From positions 1 to 64,000 of the forward strand of contig CAZOYD010000015.1 in NCBI GenBank assembly GCA_964583985.1: 64,000 bases of DNA, written 5' to 3'. The translations under genes were made by a program, and so were the position numbers. How positions within the stretch are numbered: the first letter of the stretch is position 1; each line of letters starts with the position of its first letter. The notes under the pieces are model-generated. The model did not search any database. It was not told where the DNA came from and saw only the letters and a list, made by a program, of their open reading frames with translations. Source of the DNA: an uncultured archaeon (lineage in GTDB: Archaea; Asgardarchaeota; Lokiarchaeia; Sigyniarchaeales; SOKP01). Of the stretch, positions 8,281 to 18,075 are shown one piece after another.

Positions 8281-9633
8281 TTAACCCGTTCCAACCTTAT
8301 GGTAAATAAAGCCTTCTTTTAACATAATCTCACGGTTAAAAATATTCCTTCCATCAATTATGATTGGAGTATTCATCAAGGATTTTATCTTCTTAATGTC
8401 CAGTTCGTAATATTGCTTATGATTTGTGGCAAAAATCAGCACATCGGCTCCATTAAATGCCTCTTCAAGATTATCGGTTAATTTCGTAAGTTGATAATCT
8501 TTTTCTTTAACGTAAGGATCATGCGCAATATAAATAATGTTGTGAGAATGGTACCTATTCATAAGAATTTTTACTATATTTTCAGTAGGCGTGTTTCGCG
8601 TATCATCAGTATTAGCTTTGTAAGATACACCCATTAATGCAATTTTGATATTATCTACCAATTTATGGGCTTCACGAAATGCATCTTCCATCAATTCTAC
8701 CACGTGTTTAGGCATGTAATCATTTAATTCTCTCGAATTCGGTATGAGTTTAATCTTATCTCTATTTTCTGCATTCGTGTATTTCTCATGACCATAAAGT
8801 AATAACCACGGATCTTTCGTTAAGCAATGGCCTCCCACGCCACTTCCAGGAAGATGCATCATTCTATCAGGACGCATGTTTATTAATTCAATGATTTTAT
8901 AAATATCGCTATTAAAATCTTCGCATAATAAAGCGCATTCGTTCGCAAAAGCAATATTTACATCTCTATATGCATTTTCAATGCATTTTGTTAATTCTGC
9001 TGTAAGCGTATCAGTTACACGTAATTCTTTTTTAACTACTTTTCTATATAGAAATTTTGCATTTTCATTCGCTTTTTCGCATCCTCCTCCAATAACACGA
9101 GGAAAATTTATAATATATTCTAATAATTTACCAGGCATTAATCTTTCGAAGGAAAATACCAAATAGAAATCTTCACCTCTTTTAAATCCACTGCCCTTCT
9201 CTAAGATGGGATTTACAATATTATTTGTAGTTCCTGGGGCGACCGTAGATTCAATAATGACAGTAACACCCTTTTTCATGCATGCTGCTATTCTTTCAGA
9301 TACTTCAATTAGAGATTCGTATCTTGGAACTTTACTTTCTAATTCTACTGGGGTCTGCACGTCAACGAGAATGAAATCGGCAGTCTTACAATTATCGTAA
9401 TTATCAGTCACGTGGAATTTTTTATTTTTTACAATTCGAGTAATTAAATCATCTAAACCCGGTTCATCTCCCTCATAAGGATTTTTACCATTGTTTAACC
9501 AATCAATCTTCCAACCAGAACGTTGGGATCTCCTTTGAATTCCAGTAACATAGAAGTCATCAACGTCTGCGAGTAGTGCTGCCATGGGGATACCTACATA
9601 TCCCATTCCAATTACAACAATATTAATCGGCAT
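8281..9633 (-). CDS. wecC: Nucleotide-sugar dehydrogenase (UDP-ManNAc/UDP-GlcNAc dehydrogenase family)
   Basis: GMGYVG Rossmann motif, ESTVAPGTT, ENAYRDVNIAFANE, catalytic GGHCLTKD, YKANTDDTR. Confidence 0.88.
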   Translation of the reverse strand: MPINIVVIGMGYVGIPMAALLADVDDFYVTGIQRRSQRSGWKIDWLNNGKNPYEGDEPGLDDLITRIVKNKKFHVTDNYDNCKTADFILVDVQTPVELESKVPRYESLIEVSERIAACMKKGVTVIIESTVAPGTTNNIVNPILEKGSGFKRGEDFYLVFSFERLMPGKLLEYIINFPRVIGGGCEKANENAKFLYRKVVKKELRVTDTLTAELTKCIENAYRDVNIAFANECALLCEDFNSDIYKIIELINMRPDRMMHLPGSGVGGHCLTKDPWLLLYGHEKYTNAENRDKIKLIPNSRELNDYMPKHVVELMEDAFREAHKLVDNIKIALMGVSYKANTDDTRNTPTENIVKILMNRYHSHNIIYIAHDPYVKEKDYQLTKLTDNLEEAFNGADVLIFATNHKQYYELDIKKIKSLMNTPIIIDGRNIFNREIMLKEGFIYHKVGTG

Positions 9634-9739
9634 TTTTTAATTAAAAATGTTATTTTGTGTGATTTAATCATGTCTTATTCAAAAACTTTATATTAAAAAA
9701 TAAAAAATGGTTAAATATTAAATTTGTTAAAATTATTGT

Positions 9740-10423
9740 TTATGGCTTTTTCTTTTGATATGAGGTTCCTTTTACGGCTTTAAAAATTCCTGCTATAATT
9801 GCTCCCGCTATGAAACCACCTACATGTGCAAAATGCGCTGTGGACGACCCAAAAGGATTGGAAAAAGAATAAACAGCATATGTTAATTCAGATATGAAAT
9901 ATGCTATTATAAAATAACCAGCATTCACTTTTCGCATGGACAGGCCTGTTGCAGAAGGAAGATAAAATTTATTTTTTGGATAGAGAACTACATAAACTGC
10001 CATGAGTCCAAATATCGCTCCAGAAGCGCCTAATGATGGTATAGCCCCTAAAATAGGCCCCCAAACTGGTATAATCACGCTAGTTAATGCATGAAGGAAT
10101 GTTGCGAAAAGCCCAGATGAAAAGTAGGTAAATAGGTACAACCAATGACCCATTGCATGTTCACAGTTGTCTGTTACTACAATAAAGAACCACATATTCA
10201 TTATGATATGGACGTAATCACCATGCATGAACATTGATGTTAGAATTGTATATAATTTCTCGCCCGCGAAAAATTCGTTAGGTACAAAAGCATATTCTAT
10301 ACGCATTTGACCAGTAGGGTCCATGAGCTGCCACACAAAAACTAAAACATTAGCAACTAATATTGTAACAGAAAAATATTGTTTGAAGAACGGAATTTTG
10401 TCGGGTTCAGCTTCTAAAACCAT
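9740..10423 (-). CDS. Rhomboid-family intramembrane serine protease
   Basis: TSMFMHG..HIIMNM, catalytic GASG and AHFAHVGGF. Confidence 0.93.
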   Translation of the reverse strand: MVLEAEPDKIPFFKQYFSVTILVANVLVFVWQLMDPTGQMRIEYAFVPNEFFAGEKLYTILTSMFMHGDYVHIIMNMWFFIVVTDNCEHAMGHWLYLFTYFSSGLFATFLHALTSVIIPVWGPILGAIPSLGASGAIFGLMAVYVVLYPKNKFYLPSATGLSMRKVNAGYFIIAYFISELTYAVYSFSNPFGSSTAHFAHVGGFIAGAIIAGIFKAVKGTSYQKKKP

Positions 10424-10575
10424 TGTTTGTTTGCACCAACAATTTCAATGTTATTTTTTTAGTTGTAGTAAGATATTATTGTATTTTATAGGTTTTTTAT
10501 CATAAATAAAGGTAGCTAATAACTGATATATTTAAAATTCGAAACTTAAAATAATTAAAAGATTTATCTATACCT

Positions 10576-11766
10576 ATGAAATTATTAAAAACTGGATTGA
10601 ATGATATTGCTAAAATACGCCCTGATTCTGTAAAACGGAGAAGAATCTCAAGTTATGATAAGACTGGAGGAAATCATGACTGGATCGACCTCAAATCCGG
10701 TGAACTCGTGATTTTGGGAAAAGAGCAAGCAACTGGATGTATAACTCATTTATGGTGTACGATGAGGTGCAAGAGCAAATATTATTTGCGTAATATTATC
10801 ATTAGAATGTATTGGGATAATGAATTAGACGATAAACCTAGTGTAGAAGCTCCTATAGCTGATTTTTTTGGGTTGGGTCATGCAAAAAGAGAAGTGTTTG
10901 TATCTTCGCCGTTCCAAATGACTCCTCGAGGTGGTCGAGGATTCAATTGTTGGTGGCCAATGCCATTTACAGAAAATTTTAAAATTACATTAGAAAATGA
11001 TAACCCAGATCCTCTTAACTTTTATTATTACATAGATTATGAAGTTTATGAGGATGGAATTGAAAATTCTGAATCTTTCGGAAGATTTCATGCTCAATGG
11101 CGACGAGAGAACCCAACTACACCTAAACTCATAAATGGCGAGACAGGAAAAAAGTTCAAGAGATCAAAGCCAATCTCTTTCAATTACACCGGAGGGAAGA
11201 ATACAGAACCCTTAAAAGAGAATTTTAGAATTTTAGAGGCAAGTGGTAAAGGACACTATGTTGGTTGTCATTTAGATATCGATAATATTACCTTCCTACC
11301 ATTTCTCAATTGGCCAGGAGAAGGAGATGATATGATATTCATCGATGAAGATATAGATAAAGGTGTACCTACTCTCTTTGGAACAGGTACTGAAGATTAT
11401 GTAAATCAAGCATATGCTCAAGCAAAGAAGTATTTTGCTCCATATTATGGGACTATTAAGCCTGGCGGTTTCAACTTTTTTGGGCAAATTTCTTATTATC
11501 GATATCATATCGAAGATCCCGTCTATTTTAATAAAAAAATAATAGTAACCATCGAACATGGTCATGATAACCACCGCAGTGATGATTGGTCTTCCACAGC
11601 ATATTGGTATCAATTAGAACCACATGATCATTCCTTATTTCCTAAATTATTTGACAGGAATGGGAGAAAACCAAGAAAACATGTTGCTCATTTTTTTAGA
11701 AAAGCTCTTTGTTTTACCTTTTTAGCAATAGTGATAATGGTTATATGCATAATTCCTTTCCTTTAA
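10576..11766 (+). CDS. DUF2961 / glycoside hydrolase family 172 protein with C-terminal membrane anchor
   Basis: SSYDKTGGNHD, GCITHLW, IRMYWD, PSVEAPIADFF, WPGEGDDMIFID, GTGTEDY and EHGH motifs; hydrophobic C-terminal tail. Confidence 0.88.
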   Translation: MKLLKTGLNDIAKIRPDSVKRRRISSYDKTGGNHDWIDLKSGELVILGKEQATGCITHLWCTMRCKSKYYLRNIIIRMYWDNELDDKPSVEAPIADFFGLGHAKREVFVSSPFQMTPRGGRGFNCWWPMPFTENFKITLENDNPDPLNFYYYIDYEVYEDGIENSESFGRFHAQWRRENPTTPKLINGETGKKFKRSKPISFNYTGGKNTEPLKENFRILEASGKGHYVGCHLDIDNITFLPFLNWPGEGDDMIFIDEDIDKGVPTLFGTGTEDYVNQAYAQAKKYFAPYYGTIKPGGFNFFGQISYYRYHIEDPVYFNKKIIVTIEHGHDNHRSDDWSSTAYWYQLEPHDHSLFPKLFDRNGRKPRKHVAHFFRKALCFTFLAIVIMVICIIPFL

Positions 11767-11797
11767 ATTCTAAATTCTAAAAAGATTTATTCTACAC

Positions 11798-12808
11798 TTG
11801 ATTTTTTTTTGTATGGTTAATTTAGTTGATATCATAATCGTTATAACTGGCATAATTCTGGCATTGGTTACAACTACTTGCTTTAACTTGGCATTTGTAT
11901 ATCAAAAAAAAGGATTGAATCAAGCAACCCTTAATGGCGTGGAAATTAAATTTGAAGGTGGAATAAAACAGATATTAAAAACCTTCTTATGGTTAGTGAA
12001 AAATAAATCTTGGGCATTTGGGTTTTTCTTGGGAATTGCAGGCTGGTTTCCATATATATTATCAATTGGCATGATTGGAATTATTGTTACTGAGCCAGTT
12101 ATGGCTACGGGTTTTATAGTTTTTGTTATTGCAGCTATAGTTATTCTAAAAGAAAGGGTGGGTGCTTTGGAATATACAGCTATTGCCCTTCTTACTATAT
12201 CTCCGATATTAATAGCTTTTACGGGTATTTCAGATGTAAACATTGATTTATATGGCTTTGTGCCAGCATTCATCACTTTCTTACTCATTGTAATACCCAT
12301 TAGTATATTCTCCTTGTATTTTGCTAAAAAAAAGAAAGGAACTGGCGCTGAAGGACTTTTTACGATGTTTGGAGGGGCACTATTGTTTGCTTTGGGTGGT
12401 GTCGCTACAAACATTCTTGCTCAAGCTTTAATTCAAACAGGTGAAGGATTTCAATGGTATACACTGCTTGAATTACCTTTCGGCATCTTTTGGTTCATGG
12501 CTGGTGGAAATTATGCCCATTTATGGGTTTTTCTCGGATTTTGGTTAATGACTATTTTTAACATTTCAAGTGTACCTTTTTATCAAGGAGGATTTCAAAG
12601 GGGTAAACTTCTCATTATGTATCCAATTTTAGACACAGTTGCTCTACTCCTTCCAATTACTGCTGGGATTTTAGTGTTTCAACAAACATTTACAAATTAT
12701 CCATTATTCTTTGTAGCTTTAGTCTTTATTGTATTTGCCACTTTAATTCTGGCTAAATATCAATTAGCTCTGGAAATTATAGAACCTGAAGGATCAATTA
12801 AACGATAA
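11798..12808 (+). CDS. DMT-superfamily (EamA/NIPA-like) membrane transporter
   Basis: About 9-10 TM segments with YQKKG and AIVILKERVG motifs typical of DMT/NIPA-like proteins. Confidence 0.65.
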   Translation: MIFFCMVNLVDIIIVITGIILALVTTTCFNLAFVYQKKGLNQATLNGVEIKFEGGIKQILKTFLWLVKNKSWAFGFFLGIAGWFPYILSIGMIGIIVTEPVMATGFIVFVIAAIVILKERVGALEYTAIALLTISPILIAFTGISDVNIDLYGFVPAFITFLLIVIPISIFSLYFAKKKKGTGAEGLFTMFGGALLFALGGVATNILAQALIQTGEGFQWYTLLELPFGIFWFMAGGNYAHLWVFLGFWLMTIFNISSVPFYQGGFQRGKLLIMYPILDTVALLLPITAGILVFQQTFTNYPLFFVALVFIVFATLILAKYQLALEIIEPEGSIKR

Positions 12809-12824
12809 ACAGCTATTTAATAAT

Positions 12825-13220
12825 TTATAACCTACTTTTTGTGTCTAAAATTTTTCTGATATAATCTAAAAGCTTTTTTCCAGAAATAGTTTTTGGCAAG
12901 TAACCATCAGCTCCAAGTTCCTTGGCTTTTTGGATGTCGATTTGAAAATTTTTTACGCTGAATAAAACAATGAGTATATCATTATATTTTTCGTTTGCTT
13001 TAATTTTCTTTAGAACATCAAATCCACTAATTTGTGGCATCATTATATCTAGAAGAACAAGTGCAATTTCAGAATAGCGCTCTTCCATTATTTGGAGTGC
13101 TTCTTTCCCATTATTTGCTGAAAGGATGTCGTAATTTTCTAACTCTAAGAATCTTTTAGTTAATAATGTGATATCTTTTTCATCATCAACGATCAATATT
13201 GATCCTTTAACTTGGCTCAT
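12825..13220 (-). CDS. Single-domain response regulator (receiver)
   Basis: ILIVDDE, LVLLDIMMPQISG, FS and GADGYLPK motifs. Confidence 0.92.
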   Translation of the reverse strand: MSQVKGSILIVDDEKDITLLTKRFLELENYDILSANNGKEALQIMEERYSEIALVLLDIMMPQISGFDVLKKIKANEKYNDILIVLFSVKNFQIDIQKAKELGADGYLPKTISGKKLLDYIRKILDTKSRL

Positions 13221-13597
13221 TTCATATGACCTAAAATTTTCTTTACATATTCTAGGAGATCGTTACCAGAAAATGGTTTTGTAATATACCCATCCGCTCC
13301 AAGCATTTTACCTTGTTCAATATCCTCCCGGAAGCTTTTTACAGTAAAAAGTATTACTTTAATATGCTCATAATCTTTCTTAGATTTGATAATTTCTAAT
13401 ACTTCCGTACCACTAACTCCTGGCATCATTACGTCGAGAAGTACTAAAGAGATCTCTGAAAACTGGTCCTCCAATCTTTTTAATGCTTCTTTTCCGTTAT
13501 TACATGTAATAGTATTAAATTGCCCGATCTGTAAGAATTTCTCAGTGAGCGAAACAATATCTGGTTCATCATCTACGATTAAGATTGTCTCATTCAA
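13217..13597 (-). CDS. Single-domain response regulator (receiver)
   Basis: ILIVDDEPD, LVLLDVMMPGVSG, FT and GADGYITKPF motifs; 4-nt ATGA overlap with the next receiver gene. Confidence 0.93.
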   Translation of the reverse strand: MNETILIVDDEPDIVSLTEKFLQIGQFNTITCNNGKEALKRLEDQFSEISLVLLDVMMPGVSGTEVLEIIKSKKDYEHIKVILFTVKSFREDIEQGKMLGADGYITKPFSGNDLLEYVKKILGHMK

Positions 13598-13692
13598 TTT
13601 TTATCCCCTTTTCATATCTCCATATCGTTTTTATATAAATTCTGTTTATTAGATGACATAATCTATTAATTGAGTAAATCTATAAAAAATGG

Positions 13693-13716
13693 ATAATTAT
13701 GATCTTACATAATTAT
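13693..13716. promoter_or_regulatory. Inverted repeat (possible operator) in divergent promoter
   Basis: ATAATTATG-atctta-CATAATTAT: perfect 9-bp arms between the receiver pair and the methyltransferase gene. Confidence 0.3.
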
Positions 13717-13767
13717 ATTCATTTACTTATTTAAATAATTATCAGATTTTCATCATTTTGAGGATCA

Positions 13768-14427
13768 ATGTCAAGAAAAACATCAAATCCGAGATTTCCA
13801 GATTCATATATTGGTTCCTTATCAAATGAATATAATGATTCAATATGGATGGAAAGGAATCAAAAAAAGACCACGGTGAAATGCATCCGGTACTTATATG
13901 ATAAGAAACTGAATGAAATCGATAATCAAAATACTTTAGTTTATGAAAATTCACTCGTACTAGATCTAGGGTGCGGAACGGGATTTTCTTCAGAAATTTT
14001 AGTAAATCATGGATTTAGAGTCGTTGGGGTCGATATCTTAAAAGACATGTTATTTAAAACGGGTGAAAAAAAGCATTTATATCCAGAATATAGGAAAATT
14101 GAATTTATCTTGGCAGATATTAATAATCTTCCCTTACGGGAAATGACAATTGACCATATTCTCTCTGTTTCTGCATTCAATTTTATTACTCATGGATTAT
14201 TGAAGATTAAAGAAAAAAAAAAGCGAATTAGTGACACTGCTCGAGATTTACATAGAATTCTTAAACCATTAGGAAGAATTATCATTGAATTTTATCCTTT
14301 AGACGAACTGGAATTAAACTCCTATATTTCTTCATTTATCAATAATGGTTTTAACGGATTTCTAATTAAGAATCATAAACAACAAAAATCAGGTCAAACT
14401 TTCATTTTACTAAAAAGCACAAAATAA
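13768..14427 (+). CDS. Class I SAM methyltransferase, Bud23/WBSCR22-like
   Basis: VLDLGCGTG motif I. MSR N-terminus, LPLR..IDHILSVSAF and IIEFYP..GFNG segments parallel eukaryotic Bud23 as recalled. Confidence 0.75.
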   Translation: MSRKTSNPRFPDSYIGSLSNEYNDSIWMERNQKKTTVKCIRYLYDKKLNEIDNQNTLVYENSLVLDLGCGTGFSSEILVNHGFRVVGVDILKDMLFKTGEKKHLYPEYRKIEFILADINNLPLREMTIDHILSVSAFNFITHGLLKIKEKKKRISDTARDLHRILKPLGRIIIEFYPLDELELNSYISSFINNGFNGFLIKNHKQQKSGQTFILLKSTK

Positions 14428-14534
14428 ACGGTTTATTCTTTTTCTCGTGTAATTTAATAAAGTTTTTTTACTATTAGAGATTAAAATTAATCATACAAGT
14501 TAAGATCAAATTGAAACAAAAGGTATTATAAACA

Positions 14535-14840
14535 TTGCAAAAAGCAAGAATCAGGCTCTCGTCCGTTAAATTAGATGCTGTATCCTCCGTGTGCGAACAG
14601 ATTGATCAGGTTTGTGCATCCCAAGGAATTAAGAAGATGGGACCCATTCCCCTTCCAACGAAGCATCTAAGAGTTCCAGTATTGAAAAACGTTAGCGGGC
14701 AAGGTACGAATAAAGTTGCTAAATTTGAAATGCGAATTCATAAAAGATTGATTGATATAGTAGCAAATGAGCGTAGCATGCATCTTATCATGAAAATACA
14801 AATTCCTGAAACTGTTCTCGTTGAAATTGAATTACAATAG
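14535..14840 (+). CDS. rps10: 30S ribosomal protein uS10 (archaeal S10)
   Basis: MQKARIRLSS, GPIPLPTK, EMRIHKRLIDI and VEIEL; TTG start. Confidence 0.95.
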   Translation: MQKARIRLSSVKLDAVSSVCEQIDQVCASQGIKKMGPIPLPTKHLRVPVLKNVSGQGTNKVAKFEMRIHKRLIDIVANERSMHLIMKIQIPETVLVEIELQ

Positions 14841-14973
14841 TCATGTTATCCTCTTATTCTTACAATTTTCGTTGAAAAACGAGTATTTAAGTTAAAAAAA
14901 TTCAATTCATAAGAATTAAGATAAACTTACAATTACATTAAATTGAGTTTTTACAAGATTTTAGTGAGTATTT

Positions 14974-15807
14974 ATGGAAGTAACTATCGATTTTTTAAAA
15001 CAGTTGGCTATCAAGATTTATGAAAAAATAAATCCTCTTTTGGGTACTGAGGAAGGGGGGGTTAAAATTTCGCGGGGGGCTGGAGGAGATATATCCATGA
15101 ATATAGATCTTGTTGCTGAAGAGCTTATTATCCAAAGTTTAAAAGATCAAGAATTAGACATCCTTTTAATTAGCGAAGAAGTAGGGGAAAAATATATAGG
15201 AAATAAAAAAAAAGCACTTTTTAACGAACATATATTGATTGTCGATCCTATTGACGGATCTAACAACGCTGCAAGAGGAATTCCCTATTGTTCAATATCC
15301 ATAGCATATGCAAAAGGAAAATCTATCAAGGATATTGTAAAAGCTGTAATTATCGATCTAAACTCAAAGGACTTATATTGGGCGGAAGAGGGTAACGGTG
15401 CTTTTTTAAATGGTGCCTTAATACACGCTTCTCAGTTGGATGTATCGGATGATTGCTTTTTTGAGCTCAATATTTCAAACAAAAATTTATTTAAATACGT
15501 TGAGAAATTTCGATCATTAATAAAAAGGAACTATAAAGTTAGAGTCTTAGGAAGCAGTGCATTAACATTATGCCAAATTGCTAAGGGGAGCATGGAGGCA
15601 TTTATTAATTTGCGTGAAAATAATCGTTTAGTAGATGTTGCAGCTGGTATTTTAATATTAAAAGAAGCAGGAGGAGAAATATTTTCAATTACTGGAAGTA
15701 AACTTAAAGGAGAATTATCTATATTTTTAAAATTTCCTTTCATAGCTTCAAATAAAAGATTAGCCCCATTCTTAAAAGCCGAATTGTGCTTTAATAACAT
15801 GCTCTAA
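14974..15807 (+). CDS. suhB: Inositol monophosphatase / FBPase (SuhB family)
   Basis: GAGGD, ISEE, IVDPIDGSNN, RVLGS and DVAAG motifs. Confidence 0.9.
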   Translation: MEVTIDFLKQLAIKIYEKINPLLGTEEGGVKISRGAGGDISMNIDLVAEELIIQSLKDQELDILLISEEVGEKYIGNKKKALFNEHILIVDPIDGSNNAARGIPYCSISIAYAKGKSIKDIVKAVIIDLNSKDLYWAEEGNGAFLNGALIHASQLDVSDDCFFELNISNKNLFKYVEKFRSLIKRNYKVRVLGSSALTLCQIAKGSMEAFINLRENNRLVDVAAGILILKEAGGEIFSITGSKLKGELSIFLKFPFIASNKRLAPFLKAELCFNNML

Positions 15808-15820
15808 AAGGGTTCATGTT

Positions 15821-16906
15821 TTAATCAGGAACATTGATAGGATAAGTTCCGTATTTTCTTCTAATATTATGCATGGCTTCAAATCTATCAATTGTAACTG
15901 CTGGATTTATGCTATGACCTGAACCGAAGATATATCCTCCACCTGGTGCTAATTCCCGTATTAATTTTTTCGCGTAATCTTCAATCTCCGAAATGTCTCC
16001 CAATGCTAACATGATAGGGCTTAAATTGCCGACAAATGTGATCTTATCCCCATATTTTTCGTTTAATTTAAATATATCATAATCTGGGTTAGCAGTGGTA
16101 GATTCGATGGGATTGAGGGCATCAACACCACAATTTATAATATCCTCAAAAATTTCCATTAGATCTCCATCTGAGTGTAGTAATATTTTACATTCGCGTT
16201 TGTGGGCAGCATCACATATTTGCTTTATCCATGGAAAAATATATTTTCGGTATAGATTAGGTCTCATGAACAAACCATTTTTAAATCCGTAGTCATCCCA
16301 AAGTAACACCATTTGTGCATCATTTTCTGCCAAGATTTTCACTAATTCTAGCGTAAAAGATCCTCGGTCATCAAATACTCTTCTGATTTGTTTATCGTGT
16401 CTCAGTATTTTTGAAAAATTTTCAAGTCCAAATCCTTCCCAAGTACACTCCATGAGTGAACCTGTCGCCGGAATGGAAAAAACAACGTCATTCATGTCTT
16501 TTTGAATTTTTCTTCCACTTTTAAATTGTGCTAATCTCGATTTCAAGTTTGGATCTGGCTGTTCCCAACTTTCGTAATCTTCAAAACTTTTAAAATGACC
16601 TCCATGATAGGTGAGAATTTGAGTATCATCTGCACTCTTTTCAAACTTCATTAAACGGCCATATTCATCAATAAAACCATTTTTACCCTTGAGAAACGTT
16701 CGAGGGAAGAGACTTACTGTAGAAAGGACTAAATCTATTCCTACTTTATAGGAAAATTCATATAAGCCTTTATATCCCCCAGAAGCTCTTGGATCAATTC
16801 CATAATATTTCATAATTGTGTTATTCGTAAATGCGCTTTCAAACGCAGGGACCCTATCCGGTTCTTCGTGCTCAATCGTTTTTAAAATTCTTTCTGGAGC
16901 GTTCAT
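15821..16906 (-). CDS. Uroporphyrinogen decarboxylase-family (MtaA/CmuA-like) protein
   Basis: EPDRVP, DEYGR, WDDYG, LLHSDG, GGGYIFGSGHSI. Confidence 0.85.
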   Translation of the reverse strand: MNAPERILKTIEHEEPDRVPAFESAFTNNTIMKYYGIDPRASGGYKGLYEFSYKVGIDLVLSTVSLFPRTFLKGKNGFIDEYGRLMKFEKSADDTQILTYHGGHFKSFEDYESWEQPDPNLKSRLAQFKSGRKIQKDMNDVVFSIPATGSLMECTWEGFGLENFSKILRHDKQIRRVFDDRGSFTLELVKILAENDAQMVLLWDDYGFKNGLFMRPNLYRKYIFPWIKQICDAAHKRECKILLHSDGDLMEIFEDIINCGVDALNPIESTTANPDYDIFKLNEKYGDKITFVGNLSPIMLALGDISEIEDYAKKLIRELAPGGGYIFGSGHSINPAVTIDRFEAMHNIRRKYGTYPINVPD

Positions 16907-17009
16907 TATATCTCAAGCTAATAAAATTTTATTAAACTCATTAATTTAATATACTTATTCTTTTAAATATATAAATTTTTAATTTTACAAATTTGTAATT
17001 GATTTTGAA

Positions 17010-17651
17010 TTGAGTGGATTAAGTAGATTAACAAGGGACTATTTTTCAAGAGATACGGTGCAAGTTGGTAAAGAAATCTTAGGAAAATATCTCGTAAGAA
17101 AAACAGCGAAAGGAAGAATGATTGGAAAAATAATTGAGGTAGAGGCTTATTTAGGTTCAAGAGATAAAGCGTGTCATTGTTATAATAATAAAAAAACTGA
17201 AAAAACGAAAATAATGTACATGAAACCAGGTACTCTATATGTTTATTACATTTATGGAACCTATTTCTGCCTAAACGTCATTACTGAACCAAAAGGATGT
17301 CCGTGTGCAATATTCATAAGAAAATTATATCCAATTGATGGGATCGAATTAATGAAAGATAATCGCAATGTCAAAGTGGGTAAGAATTATAGAAATTTAG
17401 TTGATGGTCCCAGCAAACTTTGTATGGCAATGAATATAACAAAAGACAAATTTAATGGTACTGATTCTTGTGCTGATAACTCAGATCTCTACTTTACAGA
17501 AGGAGAAAAGATCAATGATGAGAAAATCTTAATGGGAAAAAGAATTGGAATTGCCTATGCTGAAGAAGATAAAGATCGACTCCTCCGCTTCACATTAGAT
17601 GAGATAAAAAACCCGACTCTTGGCTCCAATCCCAGAGTTATGACCAAATAA
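17010..17651 (+). CDS. mpg: 3-methyladenine DNA glycosylase (MPG/AAG family)
   Basis: IIEVEAYLG..DKACH, YVYYIYGTYFCLNV, GPSKLC and RIGI motifs. Confidence 0.93.
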   Translation: MSGLSRLTRDYFSRDTVQVGKEILGKYLVRKTAKGRMIGKIIEVEAYLGSRDKACHCYNNKKTEKTKIMYMKPGTLYVYYIYGTYFCLNVITEPKGCPCAIFIRKLYPIDGIELMKDNRNVKVGKNYRNLVDGPSKLCMAMNITKDKFNGTDSCADNSDLYFTEGEKINDEKILMGKRIGIAYAEEDKDRLLRFTLDEIKNPTLGSNPRVMTK

Positions 17652-17921
17652 TGCACCCCTCCACGCCCTTACCTTGAAGCGTGAACGTCTAACCTTACGA
17701 CTGCTCCATCCCTGGCCTGGTCGGTTTCGGAATTACGGGTTTATGCCTTCCCTACAGAAGACAATACCACAGATACCCACCATCAAGGGGAGCGCTTCGC
17801 CGGAATGTAAAATCGGATAACAATGCTTATGAAACCTCAAATCGGGCAATTTCCGCTATGAGCATTTTGCGGTCAATCCAACGAAGGGATATCAGGCATT
17901 GCCCAACTTGCCCAAGAACTC
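17612..17921 (-). ncRNA. ffs: Archaeal signal recognition particle (7S) RNA
   Basis: GC-rich ~310 nt island. The minus strand has helix 8 GACCAGG-CCA-GGGA-TGG-AGCAGTC, helix 6 GTCTTCT-GTAG-GGAAGGC, and complementary ends (TTCTTGG / CCAAGAG). End coordinates are approximate. Confidence 0.92.
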
Positions 17922-18075
17922 TAATTTTTCATTGTATTTATACATTTACATGCGTGAAAACAACTTTCACGTCTAATTACAACCATTCAGCGGAGTGTAA
18001 CATGTCGATATGAGATAATCATTTCATTTTTTTATCTTTTATCAGAATCATACCACGATATATGAATTTAGTATG

